DNA of 64,000 nucleotides, taken from the NCBI RefSeq assembly GCF_001194135.2, contig NC_068986.1:40352304-40416303 (forward strand), read 5' to 3'. Below, one piece after another: positions 62,375 through 64,000 of the stretch (position 1 is its first letter; each line of letters starts with the position of its first letter). Source of the DNA: Octopus bimaculoides (Eukaryota). Below the pieces are notes generated by a model that saw nothing but the letters and a program-made list of their open reading frames with translations, had not been told where the DNA came from and made no database searches. The translations under genes were made by a program, and so were the position numbers.

Positions 62375-64000
62375 AAGAGGGAAAAGTAATATTGTATGTA
62401 ACATGCAGTGAATCTATTGTAGTGTTAAAGGAATATAATATACATAAGCATTACAAAATAAAGCTGTCATCTCACTCTTCTCATCTAGCAGGGAAGCTAT
62501 ATCATTAAAAACATGAAGGCTTGAAGCAAAGTATTTTAAAACAGTTGTTTTTTACTTGTATAAGTGCTAATAATGAACCTGTAACTAAAGCTTGTTTGGA
62601 GTGGCTTATTTGTTAGTTAAGAAAAGAAAACAATATACTGATGGTGAATTAATTAAACTATATATGATAGCAACAACAGAAGTATGTTCATGGGGTGGGT
62701 GGGTGGAAAGATTTATTCCAGAATATTAGTCTTTCTGCAAAAAGCAGTAACTAGGAGAGTCAAAGACACAGGAGACAACATCCTGTGCTAATTAAACAAT
62801 AAAACATAAGATGTCCAGTGGCTTTGTCTGGTTCTTGATGAATCAACAGATGTGTTTGACAATTCAGTACTGCCTTTGTTCATTTGGGGAATTAATGTTA
62901 ACTTTGAAGTGACGGAAGAACTAGCTTCGGTGAGCAGCAGGCATCAAGGAACTTACTGGTGAAAATATTTTCAAAAAAGTGGAGAAAACATTTGACTGAT
63001 ATAATTTGGTCTGGAAACATATCAAAGTTATAATAACTGATAGTTGGGGTAAAAAAAAAAATGCATAGAAAAAGATTGTATTTAACAAATTTACAAAGCT
63101 TGCAACGGTGAGGTATGTCTACACTTTTAGTTTTTGTAGTGTTTTACAGCATCTTTTATCAGCAGACACTTTATGGAAAGCATTTAGTTATCTCATGTGT
63201 GATGTAACCAGTCGTATCAACAATGAATTTTATTTGATTGAATGTTCTCAGTTATTGCCAGTTTTGAAAAATTTTGTGAAGAAATAAAAGTTGAATATTA
63301 TGTCTTGCCATGCCACATTCCGTTGTAATATGGTTTAGCTGTGGTGAAGTTATCTCTAATTTTTTTGATCTTCAGATTGAAGTTAACATTAAACATATTT
63401 TTTGTTTTTATTCTTTTAATGAGAAATATTTTTTCTCAGCCAATCTCAATGGTGAATGATTGTGTAAAATGTCTTTCTGAGCTACCATAACAACATAATC
63501 TCAACAACTTCAATCTTAGATACAAAACAATTCAGAACTTATATAAGACATACTCTGCTGTGAAAGCTTTCCAACATAAGTTAACCCTTGTTTTTCATTC
63601 CCAGCAAAGTTGAATAACTTCATCTATAATTTCTGTTATGAAAAAATACAACTATGGAGCAAATTTTTAATTTCCTTTCAAATTTGCTCAAGACATTCTT
63701 ACTAGTCTGAAGTTAGTTTCAACAGTGTAGTTTTTAGGTTAGAATGAAAATGTAAAAGAATTTTAAATCTTTCAAAATACATTTGATTGCATTATTGAGG
63801 AACTTCTGTCAGATTTTAAACAAGAAGTCATTGGCCTGCAGTCTACTGATATGTTGGGAAACCAGTTCAAAAGAAGGAAAACTTGATTGACTTTTTTTAT
63901 AAATATGTCTCAGACGAAGGATGTTCTTCTTTTAAATCTGTTGCTTGGCATAATAACATTTGGCATAGCCTATTTATGTGGTGAAAACATTTGATTAAAT
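62375..64000 (+). mobile_element. Decayed hAT transposase remnant (GTF2IRD2/SPIN-like group), running off the window end
   Basis: Fragments with stops and frameshifts: CSESIVVLKEYNIHKHY; YTDGELIK; SLSAKAVTRRVKD; LVLDESTD (DESTD at 62837-62851); GINVNFEVTEELAS; TGENIFKKVEKT; and an FGxxYLC-like motif near the end. Confidence 0.8.

Noticed and set aside
1-64000. CRISPR arrays, rRNA, intact tRNA genes, prokaryotic operons
   Set aside because: None seen. The DNA is eukaryotic, and the tRNA-like motifs are SINE heads or degenerate.

Overview
AT-rich eukaryotic genomic DNA, almost entirely intronic or intergenic, packed with microsatellites and short N gaps. The repeat families and microsatellite load point to a cephalopod (Octopus-like) short-read assembly; this taxonomic call is an inference. 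Only one host coding exon is well supported: a 135-nt phase 1-1 exon (56731-56865, +) encoding an 8-cysteine LDL-receptor class A repeat with the CxC...CTCIP pattern of the first LDLa repeat of LRP4. A phase-compatible signal-peptide exon candidate lies at 54208-54280. The rest of the gene is presumably downstream of the window. A CpG-retaining domain at about 25.9-31.1 kb may be an unmethylated promoter region. The remainder is a dense transposon landscape: about 30 copies or fragments of one tRNA-derived SINE plus at least four other SINE-like families, several nested with target-site duplications. It also holds an internally deleted mariner, mariner-type, piggyBac-type and foldback MITEs, two Penelope-like retroelement remnants with hammerhead-ribozyme-like tails, and a decayed hAT (GTF2IRD2/SPIN-like) transposase at the right end. 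Almost all supplied ORFs are microsatellite or repeat artefacts. I found no convincing new biological system. The best leads are the Penelope hammerhead motifs, several unexplained inverted repeats, and the 5' structure of the LRP4-like gene.
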